Source: Candidatus Hydrogenedentota bacterium (GTDB lineage: Bacteria > Hydrogenedentota > Hydrogenedentia > Hydrogenedentales > SLHB01). From it: a stretch of DNA of 64,000 nt. The notes beneath the pieces were generated by a model. That model ran no database searches. It saw nothing but the letters and a program-made list of their open reading frames with translations, and had not been told where the DNA came from. A program made the position numbers and the translations under genes. Of this stretch, positions 38,946-49,628 are shown piece by piece; position 1 is the first letter of the stretch; every line of letters begins with the position of its first letter. The DNA lies in NCBI GenBank assembly GCA_029552745.1, contig JAKPDK010000167.1:73973-137972 (forward strand), written 5' to 3'.

Positions 38946-39096
38946 GAAACGAAGGAGAAGCGGACCCCGCGCAAACCGTCCATTTAATAAAGAAAGGGGC
39001 GTTATCGCCTAGCGCTTGCCGGAGATTTTCTTTTTGTTCCGGCTCTCTGATATGATGCGCAACCCCAAAGTAGTTTAATCAACATGAAAATAGAAA

Positions 39097-40320
39097 ATGG
39101 CTAAGATAAATCCAAATTACGACAAGTTGACGACGGGGTATCTGTTCCCCGAGATTGCGCGTCGTGCGCGGGCATTTATGGATGCCCACCCCGGGGTCAC
39201 GTTAATGAGGTTAGGTATCGGCAACACGACGGAGCCGTTAACGCCTACGATCATTCATGCCTTGCATCATGCGGTGGATCGCTTGGCCTGTGTGGAGACT
39301 TATACAGGTTACGGCGATGAGCAAGGCGACCGCGACCTCCGAGAAGCGCTTGCCGCACGATATGCCCGCTTGGGAGTATCCTTGGAACCGGAGGAGTTTT
39401 TCATTAGTGACGGTGCGAAACCCGACTCCGCAAACATCCAGTCCATTTTTGGGATAGACAACGTGGTGGCTGTGCAGGATCCCGCATATCCTGTTTATGT
39501 GGACAGCAATGTCATCGCCGGGCGGACAGGGCAATCGGTGAACGGACAGTACGCCGGTATTGTGTACATGCCATGCACGGAGGCGAATGGATTTTTCCCC
39601 GATATACCGCGTGAGAAGGTAGATCTGATCTATATTTGTAGTCCGAACAATCCCACCGGTGCCGTTGCTACGCATGAGCAGTTGAAAAAATTCGTGGATT
39701 ATGCGCGGGCACATAAAGCCGTGATTATTTTTGATTCGGCGTATGCGCCGTTTATCCGCGATCCGCATCTGCCGCGTTCTATTTACGAGGTAGAAGGCGC
39801 TCGGGAGTGTGCCATCGAGATCAGCAGTTTTTCGAAGGAGGCAGGTTTTACGGGTGTACGCCTCGGTTGGACGATCGTTCCCAAGACAGCCGTGTGTGAA
39901 GACGCCGCTCCGGGAAAACTTCACGCCCTGTGGCTGCGACGTCAAACTACCATGTTCAATGGGGCTTCCAACATCGCCCAGCGCGGCGGCCTCGCTGTGT
40001 TGTCGCCTCAAGGCGAAGAGGAATGTCGGGGGCTTGTGAATTATTATATGAACAATGCACGTATCATTCGTGAAGGGCTTTCTCAAAAAGGCCTGACGGT
40101 GTTTGGTGGTGTGAATGCCCCGTATGTGTGGGTGCGGACGCCTCATGGAATGTCGTCGTGGGAGTTTTTTGACAAACTACTGCACGAAGCGCATGTGGTG
40201 AGTACTCCAGGCTCAGGGTTTGGTCCGAGCGGGGAAGGGTATTTGCGCCTCAGCGCCTTCGGACACAAAGAGGATATTGAACGCGCAGTCAAAAGTATAC
40301 AAGACAATCTTAACGTCTGA
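39097..40320 (+). CDS. dapL: LL-diaminopimelate aminotransferase
   Basis: N-terminal [57 protein letters not shown] match DapL signature throughout. Confidence 0.9.
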   Translation: MAKINPNYDKLTTGYLFPEIARRARAFMDAHPGVTLMRLGIGNTTEPLTPTIIHALHHAVDRLACVETYTGYGDEQGDRDLREALAARYARLGVSLEPEEFFISDGAKPDSANIQSIFGIDNVVAVQDPAYPVYVDSNVIAGRTGQSVNGQYAGIVYMPCTEANGFFPDIPREKVDLIYICSPNNPTGAVATHEQLKKFVDYARAHKAVIIFDSAYAPFIRDPHLPRSIYEVEGARECAIEISSFSKEAGFTGVRLGWTIVPKTAVCEDAAPGKLHALWLRRQTTMFNGASNIAQRGGLAVLSPQGEEECRGLVNYYMNNARIIREGLSQKGLTVFGGVNAPYVWVRTPHGMSSWEFFDKLLHEAHVVSTPGSGFGPSGEGYLRLSAFGHKEDIERAVKSIQDNLNV

Positions 40321-40332
40321 AAGGGGTAACTA

Positions 40333-41709
40333 ATGGATATCGTGGGGAAAGAACTGTTGTTCACTGCGTTACGTCGGGAGACGACGCCGCGTCCAGCCTG
40401 GGTGCCTTTTGTCGGTGTGCATGGCGGCAAACTCATTGGCAAGACCGCCACGGAGTATTTGCAATCCGCCGAGGCGATCGTTGCAGGACAATTGCGAGCG
40501 ACAGAACTGTACCGCCCGGACGGGCTACCGATCGTGTTTGATCTTCAAATGGAAGCCGAGGTGCTGGGCTGTGAGTTGAAGTGGGCGGATGACGTACCTC
40601 CTTCGGTTATGTCGCATCCCTTGGAAACAAAGAAAGTCTCCGAATTGCCGCAATTCTCCACCGAGGCAGGACGTTTCCCACTCGTCCGTGATGCCATGCA
40701 ACGTCTCCGCAAAGAAATTGGAGGAACCGTGGCGCTGTACGGACTGCTCACTGGACCGTTCACGTTGCTATCCCACCTGCGCGGCGGCGAACTGTTCATG
40801 GACATGTTGATGGACCCTGCGAGCGTATGTGAGTCACTTGAGTTTTGTACGGACGTCGGCAAAGAGGTCGCCCGATTCTATTGCGACCATGGTGCTGATG
40901 TGGTTGCCGTGGTTGATCCGATGACAAGTCAGATTTCTCCCGATCATTTCGAGCAGTTTGTGGCGCCTTATGTCAATGAGATTTTCTCTTATGTGCGCCA
41001 GCGCGACGCGTTTTCTTCGTTGTTTGTCTGTGGCGACGCAACACGAAACCTCGAAGTCATGTGCCGTACCATGTGTGACAACGTGTCGATTGACGAAAAT
41101 ATCCCTTTGGAATTGTTGCGGTCGCTCGCCGGCAAGTACAACAAATCCTTCGGAGGAAATCTGAAACTGACGACGGTCCTTCTGTTGGGCACGGAGGCGG
41201 ATGCGATGCTCGATGCCATCCGTTGCATCGACGAAGGCGGATTAAAAGGGTTTGTGTTGGCGCCGGGTTGTGATCTGCCGTATGCAACGCCCGAGGCAAA
41301 CCTGCAAGCGGTCTCCCAAATGGTGCACGATGATTACCAGCGTACCGTGGCTCGGACAACCGCACAAGCATCGGAGTTTGGATCGTTCGACGATATCGTT
41401 TTGCCGACCTATGACGCGGAGCCTCAAGTCATTTTGGATGTCATCACCCTTGATTCCACAGCATGTGCTCCATGCCTTTACATGTTGGATACCGCTCTCA
41501 AGGCCGCGCAACGGTCGGGTGTGCCTGTGGACGTGCGGGAACATAAAATCAAGACCCGTTCGGGTATCGGGTACATGTGTAAACTGAATATCAAGAATAT
41601 CCCGACGATATGTATTGATGGAAAACCGACGTTTATCTCCCAGATTCCTGATCCGGAAACGCTGACGGAAGCGATTCAGCGGCGATATCGCGAAAAAAGC
41701 GGTGGATAA
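40333..41709 (+). CDS. uroporphyrinogen-decarboxylase (URO-D) superfamily protein fused to C-terminal thioredoxin-like CxxC domain
   Basis: URO-D/MtaA-like N-terminal 340 aa; C-terminal DSTACAPC...IPTICIDGK thioredoxin/glutaredoxin-like. Confidence 0.65.
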   Translation: MDIVGKELLFTALRRETTPRPAWVPFVGVHGGKLIGKTATEYLQSAEAIVAGQLRATELYRPDGLPIVFDLQMEAEVLGCELKWADDVPPSVMSHPLETKKVSELPQFSTEAGRFPLVRDAMQRLRKEIGGTVALYGLLTGPFTLLSHLRGGELFMDMLMDPASVCESLEFCTDVGKEVARFYCDHGADVVAVVDPMTSQISPDHFEQFVAPYVNEIFSYVRQRDAFSSLFVCGDATRNLEVMCRTMCDNVSIDENIPLELLRSLAGKYNKSFGGNLKLTTVLLLGTEADAMLDAIRCIDEGGLKGFVLAPGCDLPYATPEANLQAVSQMVHDDYQRTVARTTAQASEFGSFDDIVLPTYDAEPQVILDVITLDSTACAPCLYMLDTALKAAQRSGVPVDVREHKIKTRSGIGYMCKLNIKNIPTICIDGKPTFISQIPDPETLTEAIQRRYREKSGG

Positions 41710-41793
41710 ACTTGCTACGTGGCGGGGTTTGTCGCCCCCTCAAATCAGAGTTGTGATACAATCACAAAGGAACTTCGGACAGGAGAAATGCCT

Positions 41794-41988
41794 ATGCCGA
41801 CGTTTGAGTATCACGCCATTCGCGCGGAAGGTGACGAGGAGAAGTCGTTCGTAGGCGGCGTCGTAATCGCGAAAAACAAGGAAGAAGCCAAAGCCAAATT
41901 GCTCGCCAAAGGCTTAAAAGCGACCATGCTAAAAAAAGCCCGAGGGATCATGGCATTGGTGAAGTGGTTCGACGCCGATATCCGGTGA
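41794..41988 (+). CDS. small hypothetical protein (64 aa)
   Basis: AGGAG SD 8 nt before second ATG; Lys/Ala-rich C-terminal half. Confidence 0.4.
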   Translation: MPTFEYHAIRAEGDEEKSFVGGVVIAKNKEEAKAKLLAKGLKATMLKKARGIMALVKWFDADIR

Positions 41989-42107
41989 AATGGTAGGTAG
42001 CTTGGTTCCATCGTCCCGCTTTTGTCTTTTTCGTACGGCAGGTTGGTTTTTTATTAGGGGATTTCAAGAAAGCACGGGAGCCGAGCGTCGAACGCGAGGA
42101 AAACACG

Positions 42108-42794
42108 GTGCGCGTGGCGATACACCAACCTCATTATCTGCCTTGGCTACGATACGTTGAAAAAGTGGCGCGTGCGGATGTCTTCATCCTTTTGGACACC
42201 GTGGCGTTTACCAAAAATGGCTGGCAGAACCGCAATCGAATCAAAACCCAAAACGGCACAGTGCTCCTGACAGTTCCCGTGCACGCCACACTTGGCATGC
42301 CCTTGTCCGAAGTGCGTATTGACCACAATCAACCTTGGCAAAAAAAACATTGGCGCAGCATCGAACAAGCGTACAGGAAAGCGCCGTTCTTTGAGCGATA
42401 TGCGCCCGGATTACGAGCGCTCTATCATGCCGACTGGGACCGACTTGTCGAATTGAATCACCGCATGCTCCTTTTTTTTCTGGACGCATTGGGCCTGCGC
42501 ACTCCGGTTTATCTGGCGTCGTCGATGCCCGTGAATGGTACCGGGACAGAGCGGCTTATCGAGCTTGTTCGCCATGTGCAAGGAGATACGTATTACACGG
42601 GGGCTTTTGCAGCGGAGACGTATCTAAATGCCGCCTTGTTTGAACAAGCGGGGTTGAAACTGGAACTCCAACAATGGCAAGCGCCCAACTATCCTCAACT
42701 CCATGGAGAATTTGTCCGCGATTTGTCCATCGTTGATCTGCTTATGAATGTCGGACCTGACTCATTAAAAATCCTTCTTGGAGAATCCCTATGA
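42108..42794 (+). CDS. WbqC-family protein (O-antigen/glycan biosynthesis associated)
   Basis: MRVAIHQPHYLPWLRY, ILLDTV.F.KNGWQNRNRI typical WbqC N-terminus. Confidence 0.8.
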   Translation: MRVAIHQPHYLPWLRYVEKVARADVFILLDTVAFTKNGWQNRNRIKTQNGTVLLTVPVHATLGMPLSEVRIDHNQPWQKKHWRSIEQAYRKAPFFERYAPGLRALYHADWDRLVELNHRMLLFFLDALGLRTPVYLASSMPVNGTGTERLIELVRHVQGDTYYTGAFAAETYLNAALFEQAGLKLELQQWQAPNYPQLHGEFVRDLSIVDLLMNVGPDSLKILLGESL

Positions 42795-43780
42795 TTCGTC
42801 ATAGCGCTCCCACCCTCACCGAGGAAGAAATCCAAGCATGTGCCGATGTCATGCGATCAGGTCACATCGCCCAAGGCGTCCAGGTGGAAGCATTCGAACA
42901 GGAATGCGCCGCATACCTAGGCCGACGTTTCGGGATCGCCGTTAACAGCGGCACAAATGCCTTAATCCTGGCACTGGAAATACTCGAAATATCCCGGGGC
43001 TCTCGGGTGGCTATGCCGTCGTATGTTTGTGCAGCGTTGGCTACCGCCGTGTTGCAATGTGGCGCTGTGCCCGTCCTCTGCGACTGCCGGCAACAAGATC
43101 ACAACATGGATCCACATCGTGTCCCTCCCGACATACCGGTGATCGCCGTGCACCTGTTCGGCGCGCCAGCACCCCTTCCCCAAAATCCCTTGCTCATCGA
43201 AGACATTGCACAAGCCATCGGGGCACCTGTCGGGAAAACGGGTAAGGTCAGCATCGTTTCGTTTTATGCAACAAAACTCCTCACAACGGGCGAAGGAGGT
43301 ATGCTGTTTACGGACGATGACGCCCTTGCCCAAGCCGCCCGCGATCTGCGCGATTACGATAACCGCGAGCATTTTCGCCTGCGACATAATTTCAAAATGA
43401 CGGACCTTCAGGCAGCCATCGGGCGCGCGCAACTTAGAAAACTGGACGTGTTCATAAAGCGCAGACGGGAAATCGCCCAACGATTTACCGAAGCCTTCGC
43501 GGAACTTCCCCTGGAACTGCCCCACGCTGAAAACCACGTCTATGCGCGGTATGTTGTCGGCCTCGACCAACGAGACGAACTCCAACAGCACCTAAGCCGC
43601 TTCAAAATTGAAGCCAAACGCCCCGTCTATCGGCCGCTCCACCATTACCACCTCGACCCGCACGCTGAGTGTCCCAATGCCGAACGCGCCCACCGCCGTT
43701 TGCTCTCTCTACCCATATACCCGAGCCTCAAAGACGAGGAGGTCGAGCAAATTATCCAAGCGGTTCGCAGCTTTTTCTGA
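42791..43780 (+). CDS. DegT/DnrJ/EryC1/StrS-family PLP-dependent sugar aminotransferase
   Basis: ATGA overlap with wbqC; GTNALILAL, FYATKLLTTGEGGML (PLP lysine), 329 aa. Confidence 0.85.
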   Translation: MIRHSAPTLTEEEIQACADVMRSGHIAQGVQVEAFEQECAAYLGRRFGIAVNSGTNALILALEILEISRGSRVAMPSYVCAALATAVLQCGAVPVLCDCRQQDHNMDPHRVPPDIPVIAVHLFGAPAPLPQNPLLIEDIAQAIGAPVGKTGKVSIVSFYATKLLTTGEGGMLFTDDDALAQAARDLRDYDNREHFRLRHNFKMTDLQAAIGRAQLRKLDVFIKRRREIAQRFTEAFAELPLELPHAENHVYARYVVGLDQRDELQQHLSRFKIEAKRPVYRPLHHYHLDPHAECPNAERAHRRLLSLPIYPSLKDEEVEQIIQAVRSFF

Positions 43781-43839
43781 CCTCCCCATAGCATTTAAGA
43801 AATTAGGATAGATGCATTTCGCGCCACCCGTTTTTTGAA

Positions 43840-44215
43840 GTGCCCCGGCTGTCATCGCGAGAAGCCCCGAAGGGCGACGCCTTCTTGCCCTACACCCCCA
43901 GCTGTCATTGCGAAGAGCCCCAAAGGAGCGACGCTTCCTTACTCTGCCCCCGGCTGTCATTGCGAGGAGTGCCGTGAGGCACGACGTGGCAATCCCCTCG
44001 GGAATTCGGAGAAGACTTTGACCTTGCCCTGCGCCCTCTTGCGCTAAGCGGGTGAGGGGATTGCTTCGTCGCCTCGAAGACTCCGCTCCTCGCAATGACA
44101 ACGACGGGGACGAAGAGGGCGAGCAGGGGGCTCGCCCCTACAAAGAACGCCGGGGACTGATTCCTCGCATAGGGGACGCCGCTCCTCGCAATGACAAGGG
44201 GGCGCAAGGGGCGGG
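43840..44215. repeat. dispersed repeat block (three forward modules, two inverted, one GGGCGAGC hairpin)
   Basis: Direct comparison. Confidence 0.75.
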
Positions 44216-44390
44216 AAAAGGGTTGTCCTTACTAAGGACGAGATAAAACCCATCCCTCCAAAACGTGGAACCCCACGGCGAGACATCCACATTACAAGGC
44301 GCGCGCTATATCAGAATTCCGATGTTCTTGATGTCAGGTGCCGCAAGGTCGTACGAAAATGATAGGCATCAAAACGAACTGTTTTGGCCT

Positions 44391-45927
44391 TTATTTCGCT
44401 GAAAAACCCGGCGTCAATAAGTCTTCGTGCAAGACACGCCCATTAACGTCGCAGTGACGCAGGATTAGCGTAGGCATATCATTGACACGAGTTACTTCAA
44501 CCGCCAGGAAGCCGCCGACCACATTCAGGTATTTGTGTTGAGGGCGCTTGTCGTCTTGACTCCAACCGCCTGCGTGCTCGTCGCTTGCCGGGCCACACGA
44601 GTACTCACGAAGTCCAGTTTCAGGATCGATAGAGACGTATTGCCAATGCCGGTCGCCGCAAATCACAATCATGTCCTTCTGTGACGCCAAGAAAGTACGG
44701 AGCTCTTTCCCCTCTGACGCAAAGGCACTGTTTGCATGGTTATCCCCCTTTCTTGCACGGTCAGGACCGACTAACGGGGTCGGGCTGATCAACACACGAA
44801 ATGTAGCGTCCGAAGCGGCAACCGTCTTCTTGAACCACTCTTTCTGCTCTCGTCCCCAAATGGTTTTTTCAGGTCCATCTGGCATGGTGTTGGGGCTACG
44901 GAAGTCGCGCCCTTCTACCAGCCAGATTTGGAGATCCTTGCCCCAACGAAACGTACGGTAGGTCTTTTCGCCCATGGGGACTTGTTCTAAGAAAAGGGCC
45001 TGTCCTTGTTCGAAGGTGAACTCGCCCATGAAGGTCGTCTTCATACCAGGCCAACAATCGTTCATGAAGGTGTCATGGTCGTCTTTTATGAAATATGCAG
45101 GGACGCGGCGATGAAACTCGCGATTCGTTGGAAGACTGTACACGCGCCACCAATGCCAACGAGCCAAAGGCACGCTTTTTGCCAAATGGTCGTAGTAAAC
45201 GATGTCGCCAGTATGAACAAAAAAATGCGGCTCCAACGCTTGCATGGCGGGATAAATACGGAAGCCAAGATCGAGCATGTCGCGGTGCATGTATTCTTGT
45301 CCTGTGGAAACGCCAAAAACGACGCGTGCAGGTTCCGATGCAAGCGGCGCTGTCCGGAATTGTCCGTACAGGCTAGCACCAGGCGCTTGGGAGTTCGGTC
45401 TACGGGTTTCCACTTTTATCCGATAGAGAGTGTTAGGAACCAACCCATCCAACACAAATTGGTGTGTAAAATCCCGATTAGGGTCTACAGACGCCCAGGG
45501 TGTCATCCGGGGTGAGGACTCCTCGTTATCAGTCCAGTATACGAGGCGCACGTCGCCAGGTGTCCCCGGTGCAGCCCCTTCGAGGGTCTCTACCGTTGCG
45601 CCTTTCGGAAATTGCACTACGGGAACTGCGGTATGCTTCTCTTCTGGTTCTGCTTCGAGTGCCCCTGTCTTGGGGTTTTTGTAAAGCACGGTTGGCATGG
45701 GACCTTCGTCGCCCACGCGTTCCGGGGTGCTCGTCAGCCGTACCCAAACGATCGCCCGCGAATCAGTGACTTCCCCAATCTTGATGCCGGTAGCCAAGTA
45801 AGGACCCCCACTTCGTGTCGGCACGTGTTGACAAGAAACGCTGCAAACAAGAAGCAGCAAGCACAGTAACTCTATCCACCCGAGTCGGCCCGTGGCAATA
45901 TACTGCTTACACCACGCCTGTCTCATG
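44391..45927 (-). CDS. PhoD-like alkaline phosphatase / metallophosphoesterase (lipoprotein-type signal)
   Basis: HTGDIVYYDH, DDHDTF, GDRHWQY metallophosphatase motifs; start at MRQAW overlaps sulfatase 3' end by ~21 nt (alternative start possible). Confidence 0.7.
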
Positions 45928-47478
45928 TGCCCAATCCTCCCATGCGCGCAAAAGTTTCGCCGCCCGTTTGGGTTCTCTCGTGGAGAGATCTTCCAGTTCC
46001 GTACGGTCTTCTTGCATGTTGTACAATTCCCACTCGCCGGTCTTCGTAGCGACAAGCTTCCAGTGACCGTCTCGTATCGCCTTATTTCCCATGTGTTCCC
46101 AGTACAATCGGTCATGCGTCTCAACACGGCCGCCCCGCAACAACCCAGCGAAACTCTTCCCGACCGTCGGCTGGATATCGTTCCCGCGGTATGTTCTTGG
46201 GTAATTCACACCCGCCAACTCGAGACACGTCGGCAAGATATCCGTTATGTGGGTAATACGGTGTACGAGATCGCCCTTGCGCTTCACACCAGCGGGCCAG
46301 TGCACAATAAAGGGGGTTGCAATGCCCCCCTCGTGTACCCAATGTTTGTGAAGGCGGAAAGGAGTGTTACTGGCATTTGACCAAGGCCGCCCATACGACA
46401 CGAAAGATCCCCGTTCACCGGTTCTTGTGCCAGGTTTGTGAAGGTTGCGTTTACGGACATCTTCATGGCATCCCCCATTGTCCGACAAGAACATGACCAC
46501 GGTGTTTTCCGCTAGTTGTCGGGCCTGCAACGCTTCCAGCACGCGACCAATACCCTGGTCCATCCGATCGATCATGGCAGCATATACCGCCATGCGGAGA
46601 TCCATCTCTTCCTTGTCTGGAACATCGTCCCACGGAGGGACTTCAGGATCTCGAGGTGACAGTTTCCAACGGGGATCGATAATGCCCATGTTGACCAAAC
46701 GCTCATACCGTTCCTGACGCAGCCGATCCCAACCTTTGAGATACTTGCCGCGATACTTGGCAATATCCTCGGGCCACGCATGCAAGGGCCAGTGGGGCGC
46801 CGTATATGCCAAATACAGCAAGAAAGGCTTTTCCTCTGGGTGTTCCTTAATACACTGCACGGCGAAATCCGTAAACGCATCCGTCATATAGAAGTGATCG
46901 CCTTCCGGCCAGATACGTGTATCGTCCAACGCCATCGAACGCCGGTTCCGCTCCTCCTCCAATATCTCGAAATACGAACTAGCACCGCTTATCAAGCCGT
47001 AGTACCTGTCAAAGCCCCGTCGACGTGGCCAATGCTCCGGCGCTTCGCCTACATGCCACTTTCCCGACATATAGGTGCTGTAGTTGGCTTCGCGCAACAC
47101 CTCGGCGATAGTAATACACCTGTTATTAAGATAACCTTGGTAAGGTCCGGGAGAACTTGCTTCGTCAGGTTGCACAACCATTCCCCCCATCCCCGCCTGG
47201 TGCGGATTCAACCCCGTGAGCAAAGCTGCCCGCGATGGACAACACCGTGCCGCACTATACGCGTGCGTGAAACGAATACCGTTCCCAGCGAGACGGTCAA
47301 GGTTTGGGGTGGCAATTTCTCCCCCATAACAGCCGATATCCGAAAAACCAAGGTCATCTGCAAGAATAATCAGAAAGTTCGGACGTCGCCTGGGAGTTCG
47401 TTCCGAAGCCGTCGCAAGCCCCCCCATCGCTGCCATTGTCGCCGTGGCACCAACCCGCATAAACTCGCGTCGCGTCAT
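45907..47478 (-). CDS. arylsulfatase (formylglycine-dependent), Tat signal
   Basis: RREFMRVGA twin-arginine; CCPSRAALLTG sulfatase signature. Confidence 0.85.
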   Translation of the reverse strand: MTRREFMRVGATATMAAMGGLATASERTPRRRPNFLIILADDLGFSDIGCYGGEIATPNLDRLAGNGIRFTHAYSAARCCPSRAALLTGLNPHQAGMGGMVVQPDEASSPGPYQGYLNNRCITIAEVLREANYSTYMSGKWHVGEAPEHWPRRRGFDRYYGLISGASSYFEILEEERNRRSMALDDTRIWPEGDHFYMTDAFTDFAVQCIKEHPEEKPFLLYLAYTAPHWPLHAWPEDIAKYRGKYLKGWDRLRQERYERLVNMGIIDPRWKLSPRDPEVPPWDDVPDKEEMDLRMAVYAAMIDRMDQGIGRVLEALQARQLAENTVVMFLSDNGGCHEDVRKRNLHKPGTRTGERGSFVSYGRPWSNASNTPFRLHKHWVHEGGIATPFIVHWPAGVKRKGDLVHRITHITDILPTCLELAGVNYPRTYRGNDIQPTVGKSFAGLLRGGRVETHDRLYWEHMGNKAIRDGHWKLVATKTGEWELYNMQEDRTELEDLSTREPKRAAKLLRAWEDWAHETGVV

Positions 47479-47574
47479 AGCAAATTCCCCTGTTGTGTTT
47501 TCTGTTCATGAACTATAGTCCTATGTTTTCTCGCGTGTCAATCATTGGAAACGTAATTCCCAAAAAGAGCGGTT

Positions 47575-47665
47575 ACGGTCAGAGGGGGGATTCCAATCCT
47601 TCCCCTGCGTTGCCTTGCGCTGCGCCCCATGTTGTTATTGCGAGACGTGCCTCGCCCCTACAAAT
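47575..47665. repeat. partial/degenerate repeat copy (GTTGTTATTGCGAG + CGTGCCTCGCCCCTACAAA hairpin half)
   Basis: Direct comparison. Confidence 0.4.
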
Positions 47666-47800
47666 AGAAACGTGGACTTCTCGGAAACGGGTTGTCCTGG
47701 GTAAGTAGATGGTAGGCAAGCCGCTGGCGCGCATTTGATTGGCACAGGGAAGGTCTTGATATGATTTCGCTTCGTTCCGGTTTTTAAGATCCCAACACAT

Positions 47801-49618
47801 TTGGAAACAAATCTATTTATGGTACCTTGGCAGGCTCTTGTGACGTTGGTGGCGGTCGCGTTGGCATTTGTGGGGCTTGCGCTTAATCTAGCCCCGGATG
47901 CCATGTTGTTGGCTGCCTTGTTGATAGTGCTCTTGGCAGGGATTGTTAGCCCTCAGGAAGCGTTTCAGGGGTTCAGCAACGAAGGGATGTTAACAGTCGC
48001 AGCGCTTTTTGTGGTGTCGGCGGCATTGCGGGAAACAGGGGCGTTGGACCTCTTAGGCCGCTGGGTGTTTGGAAAAGCACGGCAGGAGCGGGGCGCCTTG
48101 GTTCGCCTTGCGGCGACCATAACGCCTTTGTCGGCGTTCTTGAACAATACTCCTATTGTGGCGATGTTCATCCCCGTGGTGATGGAATGGTGCAAGAAAC
48201 ACCGGGTTCCACCTTCTCGACTTTTGCTTTCGCTTTCTTATTTATCAATTCTGGGGGGAACGTGCACGCTTATTGGTACGAGCACGAATATTGTGGTGAA
48301 TGGGCTACTTGCCGAGGCGTCACGCACCCACGAGGCGTTTCGTGAAACGTTGCGCCCCATGTCGCTCTTTGAATTATCGTATGTGGGGGTGCCCTATGCG
48401 GTAATCGGGGTTCTGTATCTCTTGTTTATCGCGCCGCGTCTTTTACCTGCACGAAAGGATCTCGTGGAACAATTTGCAGAAGCTTCCCGGGAATACCTGG
48501 TCAACATGAAGATTCTTTCGGGTTGTCGTCTGATCGGTTCCACGGTTGAAGAAGCAGGGCTGCGCCATCTGCCGGGGCTCTTTCTAATAGAGATTTCGCG
48601 CGGAGACCAATTGATAGCGCCTGCGCCGCCGGACACGGTTCTGAAGGAAAACGATATTCTTACCTTCACCGGTGTAGTCGACACAATTGCGGATTTGGAA
48701 CGTATACCGCATTTTGTGCCGCTTGCGCAGGAGGAATCCCCCTCGCCTTTAAAAAATGCCCCCCGTATGTTGACGGAGGCTGTCGTCTCCCCGCGCTGTC
48801 CTTGTATCGGCAAGACTATTCGAGACGCTGATTTTCGGGCGTTGTACAATGCGGCGGTGGTTGCGGTGCATCGAAACGGAGAGCGGCTTCAGGGCAAGGT
48901 AGGCGACATTGTGCTGCGTGCGGGTGACACACTTTTGCTGCATACGGGTCCCCACTTTGCCCGTGCCCATCGTAACAATCCGGATTTCCTGCTGGTAGGC
49001 GCTGTAGAACATGCCAGGCCGGTTCGCTCGGAAAAGGTACTGGTCTCATTGCTCTTGATGGGGTTGCTGATTGTCTTGATGGCCAGCGGGAAAGTGAGCA
49101 CGTTGACAGCCGCTTTTCTGGTAGCCGCCCTGATGGTTGGTTTCCGGTGTATTTCGGTCGCGGATGCGCGCCAGAGCGTGGATTGGCAAACGTTGATTAC
49201 CATTGGAGCATCGTTCGGCTTGGGCAAGGCGCTGGAAAAATCGGGCGCTCCTGCTGCTGTGGCGGAGTGGTTGGTAGCCACCTCCGGCAACTGGGGACCC
49301 TATGCGGTTCTCGCGTGTGTATACATCGGGACAGGCGTCGTAACTGAAATGATCACGAATAATGCGGCAGCCGTGCTGCTTTTCCCGTTTGCGGTGGCGA
49401 TTGCAAATTCGCTGGGGGTCAGTCCGCGCCCATTTGTCATGGCGGTGATTTTTGCGGCGTCTGCAAGTTTTATTACGCCGATTGGTTATCAAACCAATCT
49501 AATGGTTTATGGTCCGGGCGGCTATCGGCTGGGGGACTTTGTTCGTGTGGGGCTGCCGCTCCATTTGGTGCTGTGGGTTGCGGCAACGGTGCTCATTCCT
49601 TCAGCGTGGCATTTTTGA
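47801..49618 (+). CDS. SLC13/DASS-family anion permease with two central TrkA-C domains
   Basis: ~12 TM with two RCK_C/TrkA-C-like soluble inserts (ILSGCRLIGSTVEEAGL..; PRCPCIGKTIRDADF..). Confidence 0.8.
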   Translation: METNLFMVPWQALVTLVAVALAFVGLALNLAPDAMLLAALLIVLLAGIVSPQEAFQGFSNEGMLTVAALFVVSAALRETGALDLLGRWVFGKARQERGALVRLAATITPLSAFLNNTPIVAMFIPVVMEWCKKHRVPPSRLLLSLSYLSILGGTCTLIGTSTNIVVNGLLAEASRTHEAFRETLRPMSLFELSYVGVPYAVIGVLYLLFIAPRLLPARKDLVEQFAEASREYLVNMKILSGCRLIGSTVEEAGLRHLPGLFLIEISRGDQLIAPAPPDTVLKENDILTFTGVVDTIADLERIPHFVPLAQEESPSPLKNAPRMLTEAVVSPRCPCIGKTIRDADFRALYNAAVVAVHRNGERLQGKVGDIVLRAGDTLLLHTGPHFARAHRNNPDFLLVGAVEHARPVRSEKVLVSLLLMGLLIVLMASGKVSTLTAAFLVAALMVGFRCISVADARQSVDWQTLITIGASFGLGKALEKSGAPAAVAEWLVATSGNWGPYAVLACVYIGTGVVTEMITNNAAAVLLFPFAVAIANSLGVSPRPFVMAVIFAASASFITPIGYQTNLMVYGPGGYRLGDFVRVGLPLHLVLWVAATVLIPSAWHF

Positions 49619-49628
49619 CGTCGCCAGG

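Noticed and set aside
41710-41793. Hairpin GGCGGGGTTTGTCGCCCC after the URO-D-like gene as a terminator
   Set aside because: Only a 4-5-bp stem and no following T-tract; not convincing as an intrinsic terminator.
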